Assembly (NCBI GenBank): GCA_949299015.1
Contig: CASFYT010000007.1
Span: 12,636-76,635, forward strand
Direction: 5' to 3'
Origin: an uncultured Bacillota bacterium
GTDB taxonomy: Bacteria; Bacillota_I; Bacilli_A; RFN20; CAG-288
DNA: 64,000 bases
The first letter of the stretch is position 1, and every line of letters begins with the position of its first letter. The translations under genes and the position numbers were made by a program. The notes under the pieces are model-generated. The model searched no databases. It was not told where the DNA came from and saw only the letters and a program-made list of their open reading frames with translations. Positions 46,530-54,989 of this stretch are shown piece by piece.

Positions 46530-47175
46530 TTTCATCCGATGGACGAACAGTCTTCGTTATTTGTCGTGATGGTTGAAGCTCCCTTCTGGCAGAGGTGTTC
46601 TGCCAAATGACGTCTCTACTCGAATTCGGATCGACACGGCTCATCTCATCTCGGAGAAGTCTCGACTCGTCTCGTATCAACAAGGTGCAGGATTCTTCCG
46701 TTTGTCCATCGGATGTCGAATCGTCCTGTTCCTCCTGCCCGAAGTCTCGTCTCGACTTGTCCCTTCTCTTCGACTGGTCGACACATCCCTTCCCGTCTCC
46801 GATCGTCTGTGACAGTCTCTTTTGCCATGGCTTGAATCCCCGAAAGGACTGTCGCTTCCCAATCTCGTTGTCCTGGAATTACGCCTCTGATCTTCGTTTC
46901 GCCTTGCGATTCTCGCTTGCCGTCCGCTTGTCTCTGGAGGAGGAAGGATTCATCGACGAACGTCCCAGCACCATTCGAAGATGTTCGCACTTCGCTCCGC
47001 CAATCTTGGCAGCTTAGCCAACAGGGGGAAGGAAAGAAACGATGGTCAGGAAGGAAGACCAAATGCCGAATTCTCAGGATTCAAGAGGTGGACAAAACAG
47101 CTCGTCTCTGCATCGAAAGGGTAGACGTCTCGACTATATCATGGCCAATGATATCAAATCAGGAAGACTCTCGAC
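46530..47175 (-). ncRNA. Candidate large structured non-coding RNA (family unknown; strand assignment tentative)
   Basis: ~650 nt with no credible ORF in any frame. The minus strand is purine-rich. 12-nt perfect long-range complementarity between 46533-46544 and 46704-46715, extendable to 16. Local hairpins at 46589-46605, 46811-46853 and 47135-47155. The GTCTCGAC motif occurs 3 times in the same orientation, plus one variant copy (CTCTCGAC). The region lies directly downstream of the Crh-like gene with no intervening terminator. Confidence 0.3.
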
Positions 47176-47451
47176 TTAGAAGATGTACTCGTGGCAGAGC
47201 TTATCGAAGCCCTTGACGGCTTCTTCCTCATCCTCTCCTTCGCATTCGACGGTGAGGACGGATCCAGGCGTGATGGGTTCGACAGATACGAGGGCGAAGA
47301 CGTTGAGGATGGACTTGAGGTCGCAGGTCTCACCGCTTTCTCTCTTGAGTCGAACCTGGCATTCGTGATGGTTGGCTTCTTCGACGAGTTCGGCGCAGGA
47401 ACGAGAGGTGAGTCCGCCCATATCGGTGACTTTAATTTCGTAGGTTGTCAT
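47176..47451 (-). CDS. HPr-family protein lacking His15 (Crh-like)
   Basis: MTTYEIKVTDMGGLTSRSCAELV..: the position equivalent to the HPr G-I-H15-A-R-P site reads G-L-T-S-R-S. The Ser46 context KSILNV is conserved. 91 aa from the ATG at 47451. Confidence 0.8.
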   Translation of the reverse strand: MTTYEIKVTDMGGLTSRSCAELVEEANHHECQVRLKRESGETCDLKSILNVFALVSVEPITPGSVLTVECEGEDEEEAVKGFDKLCHEYIF

Positions 47452-47473
47452 GAACTTTATTTTTTCCACCTAT

Positions 47474-47502
47474 ATTATAAGGCGGACTGAAAGCGATTAC
47501 AA
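47474..47502 (-). promoter_or_regulatory. Sigma-70-type promoter for the Crh-like gene
   Basis: On the minus strand: TTGTAA (47502-47497), 17-nt spacer, TATAAT (47479-47474). Confidence 0.5.
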
Positions 47503-47652
47503 CTAAAAGACAAAAAAGATGTTGAAAAGATGTAAAAAACTAGAAAAAAGCAATGATATTAGACGCTTTGTCTAATTGCCTTCCGTTGTCGTGCTTTTTG
47601 CGCAAAAAGACAGGAATAATCGTCGGGAAGAACTGGCTCTCATCGGGAAAGA

Positions 47653-47661
47653 TGGTATAAT
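47653..47661 (+). promoter_or_regulatory. Extended -10 element upstream of galU
   Basis: TGGTATAAT lies ~30 nt upstream of the AGGAGG RBS and ATG at 47692. Confidence 0.4.
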
Positions 47662-47691
47662 CAATTCAGCGATTTGACGTAGGAGGTTCCC

Positions 47692-48576
47692 ATGAAAAAA
47701 GTCACGAAGGCGGTCATTCCTGCTGCCGGTCTCGGAACGCGCTTTCTTCCCGCGACGAAGGCCCTTCCCAAGGAAATGCTTCCCATCATCGATACGCCCA
47801 ACATCCACTACATTGTCAAGGAAGCGGTCGAGGCGGGAATCACGGACATTCTCATCATCGTCTCTCATGCCAAGGAGCCTATCGAAGACTATTTCGACGT
47901 GAACTATGAGCTGGAGACGCGTCTCAAGGAAACAGGAAAGCTGAAGCAAGCGGAAGAAATCCGGGAAATTGCGAATATGGCGAACATCTTCTACGTTCGC
48001 CAAAAGGAACCCAAGGGCCTTGGCGATGCCATCGGCTATGCTCGCTCTTTCGCCTCGGGAGAACCGATCGCCGTCTTGCTCGGCGACGATCTGATCGACG
48101 ACAAGGAAAGGCCTGCCATCGGCGAGTTGATCGAGGCGTACGAACAGACGGGAGGGACGATCCTGGGATGTCGTCGCGTTCCCAAGGAACTGCTGAGGAA
48201 ATATGGCGTGGTCAAACCGACAGCGAAGGCGGAAGGAAAGGTCTTCGAGGTCATGGACATGGTGGAAAAGCCCAAGGATCCTTCCTTGGCCCCTTCCGAT
48301 ATCGCTGTCCTGGGACGTTATGTGCTACCGCCGGAAATCTTCGACGTCATCGCGCGGACACCCAAGGGCGTCGGCGGTGAGGTTCAGCTGACAGATGCTA
48401 TCAAACTTAGCCTTGAAAAGAGAAAGTGCTATGCTTGTCTTTTCACCGGCGAAAGATATGATATCGGAGACAAATTTGGCTATATCAAGGCGACACTTGA
48501 CTTTGCTCTTCGCCGTGACGACCTGCGCGAGAACGTCTTGGACTATCTTCGTCGGATCAACGAAGAAAACCGCTGA
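47692..48576 (+). CDS. galU: UTP--glucose-1-phosphate uridylyltransferase
   Basis: KAVIPAAGLGTRFLPATKA.PKEMLPI N-terminal signature. 294 aa. Confidence 0.92.
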   Translation: MKKVTKAVIPAAGLGTRFLPATKALPKEMLPIIDTPNIHYIVKEAVEAGITDILIIVSHAKEPIEDYFDVNYELETRLKETGKLKQAEEIREIANMANIFYVRQKEPKGLGDAIGYARSFASGEPIAVLLGDDLIDDKERPAIGELIEAYEQTGGTILGCRRVPKELLRKYGVVKPTAKAEGKVFEVMDMVEKPKDPSLAPSDIAVLGRYVLPPEIFDVIARTPKGVGGEVQLTDAIKLSLEKRKCYACLFTGERYDIGDKFGYIKATLDFALRRDDLRENVLDYLRRINEENR

Positions 48577-48597
48577 AACGGAGGACTGCTTCACTCT

Positions 48598-49746
48598 ATG
48601 GAACCGAAGAAAAAGACTTTTATGACGGGCGACCGTCCGACGGGAAAACTCCATATCGGACACTATGTCGGTGCGATCCGTCGTCGAGTCGAACTGCAGA
48701 ATTCGGGGGAATTCGATTCCTGTTACGTCATGATTGCGGACACGCAGGCCTTGACGGATTACTATGACGATCCCGACCGTATCCGGGAAAGCGTCTTGGA
48801 AGTTGCGTTGGATTATCTTTCCTGCGGCGTGGATCCGACGAAGTCGACGATCTTCGTCCAGTCCCGGGTGCCCGAACTCTTTGAGCTGACCTGCTATTAT
48901 TTGGACCTGGTGACGCTTTCTCGCCTGGAGAGGAATCCGACGGTCAAGAACGAGATGAAGCAGAAATCGATGGAGGATTCGATCCCGGTCGGATTCCTCT
49001 GCTATCCAGTCAGTCAGGCGGCCGACATCACCGCTTTCGACGCCGACGTCGTTCCCGCCGGCGAGGATCAGGCTCCGATGGTGGAACAATGCCAGGAAAT
49101 CGTCCACAAGTTCAATTCCCTCTACGGGGAGACTTTGACGATGCCCCACCTCCTCCTTCCGGAAAACGATTCCTGCAAGAGGCTCCCCGGCTTGGATGGA
49201 AAGGCAAAGATGAGCAAGTCCCTCAACAACTGCATCTATCTTTCGGATGATGAGAAGACCGTCGAGAAGAAGGTCATGACGATGTTCACGGACCCGACCC
49301 ATCTGACCATCAACGACAAGGGACACACCAAGGACAACCCGGTCTTCATCTATCTGGACGCCTTCGCGACGGAGGACCATTTCCGTCGGTTCTATTCGCA
49401 ATACCCCAGCCTCGATGCGCTGAAGGCGAAGTACGAACAAGGTGGATTGGGCGACGTAGAGGTCAAGAGATTCCTCGCCCGGGTCCTCAACGACGTCCTC
49501 TCGCCCATTCGGGAGCGAAGGCATGCATACGAGGAAGACATCCCGGGCGTCTACAGGATTCTCGAGGAAGGCTCGAGGAAGGCCCGCGAGAAGGCCCAGG
49601 AAACGGTCGCCCGCGTCCGCCATGCCCTGAAGATCAACTATTTCGAGGACCGCAGGCTTCAGGAGAAGCAGGCCAAGCGATTTCGCAAGCAGCATCAGGA
49701 CGAGGAGAACCTCCGGGCCTACTTGGCGAAGCAGAGGAAAGGGTGA
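48598..49746 (+). CDS. trpS: Tryptophan--tRNA ligase
   Basis: TGDRPTGKLHIGHYVG (HIGH) and KMSKS motifs. 382 aa with a basic ~40-aa C-terminal extension. Confidence 0.88.
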   Translation: MEPKKKTFMTGDRPTGKLHIGHYVGAIRRRVELQNSGEFDSCYVMIADTQALTDYYDDPDRIRESVLEVALDYLSCGVDPTKSTIFVQSRVPELFELTCYYLDLVTLSRLERNPTVKNEMKQKSMEDSIPVGFLCYPVSQAADITAFDADVVPAGEDQAPMVEQCQEIVHKFNSLYGETLTMPHLLLPENDSCKRLPGLDGKAKMSKSLNNCIYLSDDEKTVEKKVMTMFTDPTHLTINDKGHTKDNPVFIYLDAFATEDHFRRFYSQYPSLDALKAKYEQGGLGDVEVKRFLARVLNDVLSPIRERRHAYEEDIPGVYRILEEGSRKAREKAQETVARVRHALKINYFEDRRLQEKQAKRFRKQHQDEENLRAYLAKQRKG

Positions 49747-49787
49747 GGATATTCCTTCCTTTCCTCCTCGGAGAGCGATATAATGTC

Positions 49788-49876
<89 letters not shown>

Positions 49877-49878
49877 GA

Positions 49879-50328
49879 ATGAAAGATACAGAACTGAGGG
49901 AACATCTAGACAGGCTCTATCGGGAGTGCGAGCAAGCCTCCCGACGCGGAGAAGTTCCTGTCGCCGCCATCGTTGCCGACGATCGGGGATTCGTCTTTGC
50001 CTCCAACGAGGTCGAGGAGCGAAGGAATCCTTTCGAACATGCCGAGGTCCTCGCCCTGGAGAGAATGCTCCAGAAGCGCGGAGGGCATTACCTCGGGGAT
50101 GCGACCCTTCTGGTCTCCCTTGAGCCTTGCCTGATGTGCATGGGCGCCATTCTCAAGGCCGGAATTCGCGACCTCTACTATGTTCTCGACGACGAGCGAA
50201 TGGGCGCCTTGTCCCACTACCATGTCTTTGTCGACGACGTCCTTCGGGTTCACCGCGTGAAGGACGACCGCTTTCTTCCTCTGCTTCAGCGTTTCTTCCA
50301 GGAACGTCGAGAGAGAGGGGATTTCTAG
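49879..50328 (+). CDS. tadA: tRNA-specific adenosine deaminase
   Basis: HAEVLALE and LEPCLMCMGA zinc-binding deaminase motifs. 149 aa. Confidence 0.9.
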   Translation: MKDTELREHLDRLYRECEQASRRGEVPVAAIVADDRGFVFASNEVEERRNPFEHAEVLALERMLQKRGGHYLGDATLLVSLEPCLMCMGAILKAGIRDLYYVLDDERMGALSHYHVFVDDVLRVHRVKDDRFLPLLQRFFQERRERGDF

Positions 50329-50352
50329 GAGCGCTTTCGAGGCAGGCGATTG

Positions 50353-50385
50353 AAAAAAACTCGAGATTCGCTTCTCGAGTTTTTT
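50353..50385. terminator. Bidirectional terminator between tadA and nrdG
   Basis: AAAAAAA-CTCGAGA-TTCGCT-TCTCGAG-TTTTTT. Confidence 0.6.
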
Positions 50386-50938
50386 AGAATGTATCGATTG
50401 GATCCTCTTCGTAGAAAGACATGTCCATCATCTTTTCGTCAAGGACGATCTTTCCGTATTCCTGAGATTTTCGGACGTCGATGCAGCGTTGGTTTCGGCT
50501 TCCGCGGTTGTTGATGGAGATGGAGCGGAGAGAGAGGAGGAAGCGTCCGTCGACGAGCGTATCGAGATAGGAGAGGAGGACGAGATAGCGCATGTCCTTT
50601 CTTCCGAGCCGGAGGATTTCCTCGTAGGTGTAGCCCGTGTATCCGATGACATGGAAGCGAAATCGTTCCTTGGCTTCCCGGGCGACGGCGATGGCGGCAT
50701 CGAGGTTGCAGAAGGGGTCTCCTCCCGACAACGTCACTCCGGATGTCGTGTTCCTGTTCTTTTCGAACATGGCGAGGATGTCCTCCAGCGGAACGTCGGT
50801 TCCTCTGTCGAAGGGCCACGTCGTCGGATTCTGGCAGGAGGGGCAGTGGTGGATGCAGCCTTGGAAAAAGACGACGATTCTCACGCCGGGGCCGTCGACG
50901 ATGGATTCCTGGGCAAAGCCCGCAAGGCGAATGTTCAT
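50384..50938 (-). CDS. nrdG: Anaerobic ribonucleotide reductase activating protein (radical SAM)
   Basis: ESIVDGPGVRIVVFFQGCIHHCPSCQN radical-SAM cluster motif and N-terminus, typical of NrdG. Confidence 0.9.
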   Translation of the reverse strand: MNIRLAGFAQESIVDGPGVRIVVFFQGCIHHCPSCQNPTTWPFDRGTDVPLEDILAMFEKNRNTTSGVTLSGGDPFCNLDAAIAVAREAKERFRFHVIGYTGYTYEEILRLGRKDMRYLVLLSYLDTLVDGRFLLSLRSISINNRGSRNQRCIDVRKSQEYGKIVLDEKMMDMSFYEEDPIDTF

Positions 50939-50945
50939 GTTTTGG

Positions 50946-50967
50946 AAAAGCCTGCCTGAGGCAGGCT
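50946..50967 (-). terminator. Intergenic hairpin between nrdD and nrdG (partial terminator/processing element)
   Basis: AGCCTGCC-TCA-GGCAGGCT on the minus strand, followed by a short TTTT. Confidence 0.35.
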
Positions 50968-50973
50968 TGAAGC

Positions 50974-53352
50974 TTACTTTCCCAGCTCGGAGGCGTCGGA
51001 GTAGCGGTTGTGCTTGACGCGATCCCGGACCTCGGCTTTCTTGGCGTTGTTGAAGCGGTCGATGGTTCCGACGAGATAACCCGTGATGCGTCGGATGCGC
51101 TCGAAGCCGACTCCTTCTTCTCCTTCATGCCGACCGCACTTGGGGCAGACGTCGTTGATGATTCCGCTGTACCCGCAGCAGGGGTCACGGTCGAGGGGAT
51201 GGTTGATGGCGCCATAGCCGATGCCCTTCTCCTTCATATGCCGGACGATCTTTTCGAAGGCGTCGGGGTTCTTGGCGACGTCGCCGTCGACTTCGATGTA
51301 GGTGATGTGGCCGCCGCTTGTCAGGGCATGATAGGGAGCCTCGATGTCGATCTTGCGGAACATGGAAATCGGATAGTAGACCGGGACGTGGAAGGAATTG
51401 GTGTAGTAGTCGCGGTCGGTGATGCCCTTGATGCGTCCGTAGCGCTGCTGGTCGATGCGGACGAAGCGGCCCGAGAGGCCTTCGGCGGGGGTGGCGATGA
51501 CGGCGAAGTTGAGGTTGTACTTCTTGCTGGCTTCCTGGGCCTTCTTGTCGAGTTCGCCGATGATCTTGAGTCCGAGGCTCTGAGCGGTCTCGCTCTCTCC
51601 GTGATGCTTGCCGATGAGGGCGACGAGGCATTCGGCCAGGCCGATGAAGCCGAGCGTCAGGGACCCGTTGCGGATCACGCTGTCGATTTCGTCATCCCAG
51701 GAGAGCTTGTCGGAGTCGATCCAGACGCCCTGGCCCATCAGGAAGGGCATGTTCTTGACCTTGCGATGGCGCTGGATTTCCAGTCGATCGAGCAGCTGCT
51801 TGATGACCAGGTCCGCCGTCTCGTCGAGCTTCTGGAAGAAGAAGTCGATGTCGCCATGGGCCTCGATGCCGAGGCGCGGCAGGTTGATGGAGGTGAACGA
51901 GAGGTTTCCGCGTCCACAGGTCACTTCGTTCTGCGGATTCCAGGAGTTGGCCATGACGCGAGTGCGGCAGCCCATGTAGGCCACCTCGGAGTTGTAGTCT
52001 CCGGGCTTGGAGTACGTCTTGTTGAACGGGGCGTCGAGGAAGGAGAAGTTGGGGAACAGGCGCTTTCCGGAGCAGACGATGGCTTCGCGGAAGAGGTCGT
52101 AGTTCGGATCTTCGGGATTGTAGTTGACGCCTTCCTTGACCTTGAAGATCTGGATGGGGAAGATGGGGGTCTCGCCGTCGCCAAGGCCGGCTTCGGTGGC
52201 CTTGAGGAGCATGTGCATGACCAACCTTCCTTCTTCGGAGGTGTCGGTTCCGTAGTTGAGGGAGGAGAAGGGGACCTGGGCTCCGGCACGGGAGTGCATG
52301 GTGTTGAGGTTGTGGATCAAGGCTTCCATCGCCTGGTAGGTCTCGTTCTCGATTTCCTTGGCGGCGAACTCGACGATGGTGTGCCTCGCCCCTTCCCAGT
52401 CGACGTCGGGGAATTCCTTCCTGAGGTCCTCGAAGGTCGCGTCGATGGTCTTTTCGTTCTTGTAGCGAGGCGTCGTCTTCTCCTCGATGCGGTGTTTGAA
52501 GAAGTCCTTGAGGTCCTTTTCGTAACGATCGGAATGAAGCTGATATTCGGCGACGCGGATGCAGTTGTTGCGGAAGGCCTTGTTATAGGACTTGAGGACG
52601 CCCGGAGCCATGGAAAAGTCGAAGTTCGGGATGGACTGACCGCCGTGCATGTCGTTTTGGTCCGCCTGGATGGCGATGCAGGCCAAGGCGGCATAGGTGC
52701 GGATGGAGTTGGGCTCGCGGATGAAGCCGTGGCCCGTGGAAAAGCCTTTCTGGAAGAGGCGCAGGCAGTCGATCTGGCAGCAGGTGAGGGTCAGCGAGTA
52801 GAAGTCGAGGTCGTGGATATGGATGTCGCCATTCTTATGGGCGAAGGCGATCTTCGGGTCGATCATCTTCTCCAGGTAATAGGCCTTGGCGGTCTCGCTT
52901 CCGAACTTGAGCATGGTTCCCATGGCGGTGTTGGCGTCGATGTTGGCGTTCTCGCGCTTGTTGTCGTTCTCGCTCGAGTCCTGTGTGGCGATGCCGTCGA
53001 TGGTGGACATCAGGTCCGTCTTGGCTTCGCGGATGCGGGAACGATTGGCACGGTAGAGGATGTACTCCTTCGCCGTCTTGGCATAGTTGTGTTCGATCAG
53101 GACGTCCTCGACGATGTCCTGGCAATCCTCGACCGTGGCGGGATGCTCGAAGTCGGAAAAGTTCCGGTTGATCGTCAGGACGACTTCGTCCGTCAATCTT
53201 CCCAAAGGCAGGGTTTCATGCGTGACCTTGCTGGCATTGGCAATGGCCTGAAGGATCTTCGTGCTGTCGAAGGGGACGACGCGACCGTCTCGCTTGACGA
53301 TCTTGGTGACGATGTTGGTCGGGCTATAGGGGTTGGTGAGCTTTGCAATCAT
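50974..53352 (-). CDS. nrdD: Anaerobic ribonucleoside-triphosphate reductase
   Basis: 792 aa. N-terminal ATP-cone (VKRDGRVVPFD..KI), C-terminal glycyl-radical motif (RITGYL), and a Zn site CCGYSG..CPKCG. Confidence 0.95.
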   Translation of the reverse strand: MIAKLTNPYSPTNIVTKIVKRDGRVVPFDSTKILQAIANASKVTHETLPLGRLTDEVVLTINRNFSDFEHPATVEDCQDIVEDVLIEHNYAKTAKEYILYRANRSRIREAKTDLMSTIDGIATQDSSENDNKRENANIDANTAMGTMLKFGSETAKAYYLEKMIDPKIAFAHKNGDIHIHDLDFYSLTLTCCQIDCLRLFQKGFSTGHGFIREPNSIRTYAALACIAIQADQNDMHGGQSIPNFDFSMAPGVLKSYNKAFRNNCIRVAEYQLHSDRYEKDLKDFFKHRIEEKTTPRYKNEKTIDATFEDLRKEFPDVDWEGARHTIVEFAAKEIENETYQAMEALIHNLNTMHSRAGAQVPFSSLNYGTDTSEEGRLVMHMLLKATEAGLGDGETPIFPIQIFKVKEGVNYNPEDPNYDLFREAIVCSGKRLFPNFSFLDAPFNKTYSKPGDYNSEVAYMGCRTRVMANSWNPQNEVTCGRGNLSFTSINLPRLGIEAHGDIDFFFQKLDETADLVIKQLLDRLEIQRHRKVKNMPFLMGQGVWIDSDKLSWDDEIDSVIRNGSLTLGFIGLAECLVALIGKHHGESETAQSLGLKIIGELDKKAQEASKKYNLNFAVIATPAEGLSGRFVRIDQQRYGRIKGITDRDYYTNSFHVPVYYPISMFRKIDIEAPYHALTSGGHITYIEVDGDVAKNPDAFEKIVRHMKEKGIGYGAINHPLDRDPCCGYSGIINDVCPKCGRHEGEEGVGFERIRRITGYLVGTIDRFNNAKKAEVRDRVKHNRYSDASELGK

Positions 53353-53459
53353 TTCTTTGTCCTCCTGTGGATGGGGTGAAGAAAAACATGCCTTTATGGA
53401 AGGGGAGCGGAAATCTCCCTTTTCTTATGACGGGTTTCCCTTACCAGCGTACGCAAAAG

Positions 53460-53489
53460 ATTATAGTCGATTGATGGCCCCGGTTGTCA
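53460..53489 (-). promoter_or_regulatory. Candidate promoter for nrdDG
   Basis: On the minus strand: TGACAA (53489-53484), 18-nt spacer, TATAAT (53465-53460). Leaves a ~105-nt leader. Confidence 0.4.
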
Positions 53490-53897
53490 GGGTTTTGCTC
53501 GATGTTTTTTTGCGTGGGAAACAACTTTGAATGAACATCTGATAGACAAGTTGTTGAAAGTTCCGAGTCTTTCCCGAAAAGCGAAAAAAGAGAGCAAAAC
53601 AATGAAAGAATTTTCATACGATGAGATTTTACAAAGGGCTGTTTTTCCGTTCTGTCGGGCACGAATCCCATCCCGTCCTGTTTTTCTTCCTGCTCGTGGC
53701 AAAACTCCGGTGAAGCATGCGAAAAAGAGGGGAAAACGGCGTTTCTTGACAAAGAAAATCGATTGCTCGTCACCTCCTGTGCTATCATCTCCCCTGTGAA
53801 CAGCGTCGATCGTGATTTCCTTGGCCTTTCCAGGCCCTTTCTCTAGCGGCCGCCTCCGGACGATGAAAGACGTGTTTTGAGAGGGAGGAAAGCGACA

Positions 53898-54989
53898 ATG
53901 GACTACATGATGGAAAGATTGAAGGCGATGAAGAAGCGCCTGGAGGACATCGACAAGATCCTCGCGCAGGGGGAAGGGGATTACAAGACCCTGGCGGCCC
54001 TGTCGAAGGAACGGGCCGGCTTGGCGACCCCTGTGGAGATGTACGATCGAATCCAGGCGATGGAGAAGTCGATTCGGGACGATCGGGAAATGCTCAAGGA
54101 CAGCGATGCCGATATCCGCGAGATGGCCAAGGCCGACCTTCAGGAACTGGAAGCGAAACTGGAACAGACCAAGAAGGACCTTCAGCTCGAGCTCCTTCCC
54201 AAGGACGAGAACGACGAGAGGAACGTCTTGATGGAGATTCGCGGTGCCGCTGGAGGCGACGAGGCCAACATCTTCGCGGGCGACCTTTTCCGGATGTACG
54301 AGCACTATGCAGACAAGAAGAACTGGAAGATCAAGGTCCTCGACAGCCAGCCGACCGCTCTGGGCGGCTATTCCCTCGTCTCCTTTCTTGTCGAAGGAAA
54401 AGGAGTCTATTCGCGCCTGAAGTTCGAATCGGGCGCCCATCGCGTCCAGCGCGTCCCCGTGACGGAGGCCAACGGCCGCATTCAGACTTCGACCGCGACG
54501 GTCCTGGTCATGCCGGAGATCGAGAAGGTCGACATCGAGATCAATCCGGCGGACCTCTCGATCGACACCTACCATTCCTCGGGAGCGGGAGGACAGAACG
54601 TCAACAAGACGGAGTCCGCCGTCCGCATCACCCACAAGCCGACGGGTATCGTCGTCTCCTGCCAGGTCGAGCGCAGCCAGATGCAGAACAAGGAGATGGC
54701 GATGGAAATGCTCAAGGCGAAGCTGCAGAGCAAGTATGAGTCGGAACAGGAAGAAAAGGTCGGGACGGAGAGACGCCTCAAGGTCGGAACGGGGGAGCGA
54801 AACGAACGCATTCGGACCTACAACTATCCGCAGAACCGCGTGACGGATCACCGAATCGGATATACGATGCTCAACCTTCCGCGCTTCATGGACGGCGACC
54901 TGGACGATCTTCTGGATGCTCTGAGGGAGGCGGATCAGACGGACAAGCTGCAGGAGGAGACGCGTCGCCTCCAACAGCAGGAATCGTGA
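53898..54989 (+). CDS. prfA: Peptide chain release factor 1
   Basis: The PxT-type region ([15 protein letters not shown]) and GGQ motif are present. GAGGGAGG RBS before the ATG at 53898; the ORF-track start at 53877 is a TTG. Confidence 0.95.
   Translation: MDYMMERLKAMKKRLEDIDKILAQGEGDYKTLAALSKERAGLATPVEMYDRIQAMEKSIRDDREMLKDSDADIREMAKADLQELEAKLEQTKKDLQLELLPKDENDERNVLMEIRGAAGGDEANIFAGDLFRMYEHYADKKNWKIKVLDSQPTALGGYSLVSFLVEGKGVYSRLKFESGAHRVQRVPVTEANGRIQTSTATVLVMPEIEKVDIEINPADLSIDTYHSSGAGGQNVNKTESAVRITHKPTGIVVSCQVERSQMQNKEMAMEMLKAKLQSKYESEQEEKVGTERRLKVGTGERNERIRTYNYPQNRVTDHRIGYTMLNLPRFMDGDLDDLLDALREADQTDKLQEETRRLQQQES
54532..54704 (+). repeat. 173-nt block, identical to prfB except for one mismatch (prfA copy)
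   Basis: See the partner at 27034-27206 in inverted orientation. The block encodes [57 protein letters not shown] in both genes. Confidence 0.9.

Noticed and set aside
46530-47175. Possible RNase P RNA, tmRNA, SRP RNA or group II intron domain V in the ORF-free region.
   Set aside because: - **RNase P:** there is no GAGGAAAGTCC P4 motif, and the GGACAAAACAGCTCG stretch only loosely resembles the RNase P 3' P4 strand.
- **tmRNA:** there is no tRNA-like end (GGTTCGA..CCACCA) and no tag ORF.
- **SRP RNA:** GGTCAGGAAGGAAGACC lacks the SRP GGAA-tetraloop context, and a bona fide SRP RNA exists at 49788-49876.
- **Group II intron domain V:** GAGCCGTGTCG.. cannot form the domain V helix.
48577-48597. 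Expected T-box leaders upstream of trpS and metG (56693-56859).
   Set aside because: The gap before trpS is only 21 nt. The ~165-nt region before metG shows no T-box sequence (AATTAGGGTGGTACCGCG-like) and no specifier or terminator architecture that I could find.
48325-49695. 456-aa ORF antisense to trpS. Similar long antisense ORFs exist at 56701-58419 (metG), 53487-54974 (prfA), 11050-12225 (trkA), 42921-44039 (phoR), 29019-30179 (AKR), 30250-31878 (secA), 60995-62236 and 41191-42300.
   Set aside because: All are nested opposite genes with clear catalytic motifs and show the same arginine-, glycine- and aspartate-rich shadow composition. None has a convincing RBS.
51010-53379. 789-aa ORF antisense to nrdD.
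   Set aside because: Shadow ORF. nrdD on the minus strand carries the ATP-cone, the Zn site and the glycyl-radical motif.
53603-53799. 65-codon basic ORF (MKEFSYDEILQ...) in the nrdD/prfA intergenic region as a real gene.
   Set aside because: The RBS is weak, there is no recognisable family, and the composition looks like translated non-coding DNA. It is kept only as a note within the intergenic-region finding.
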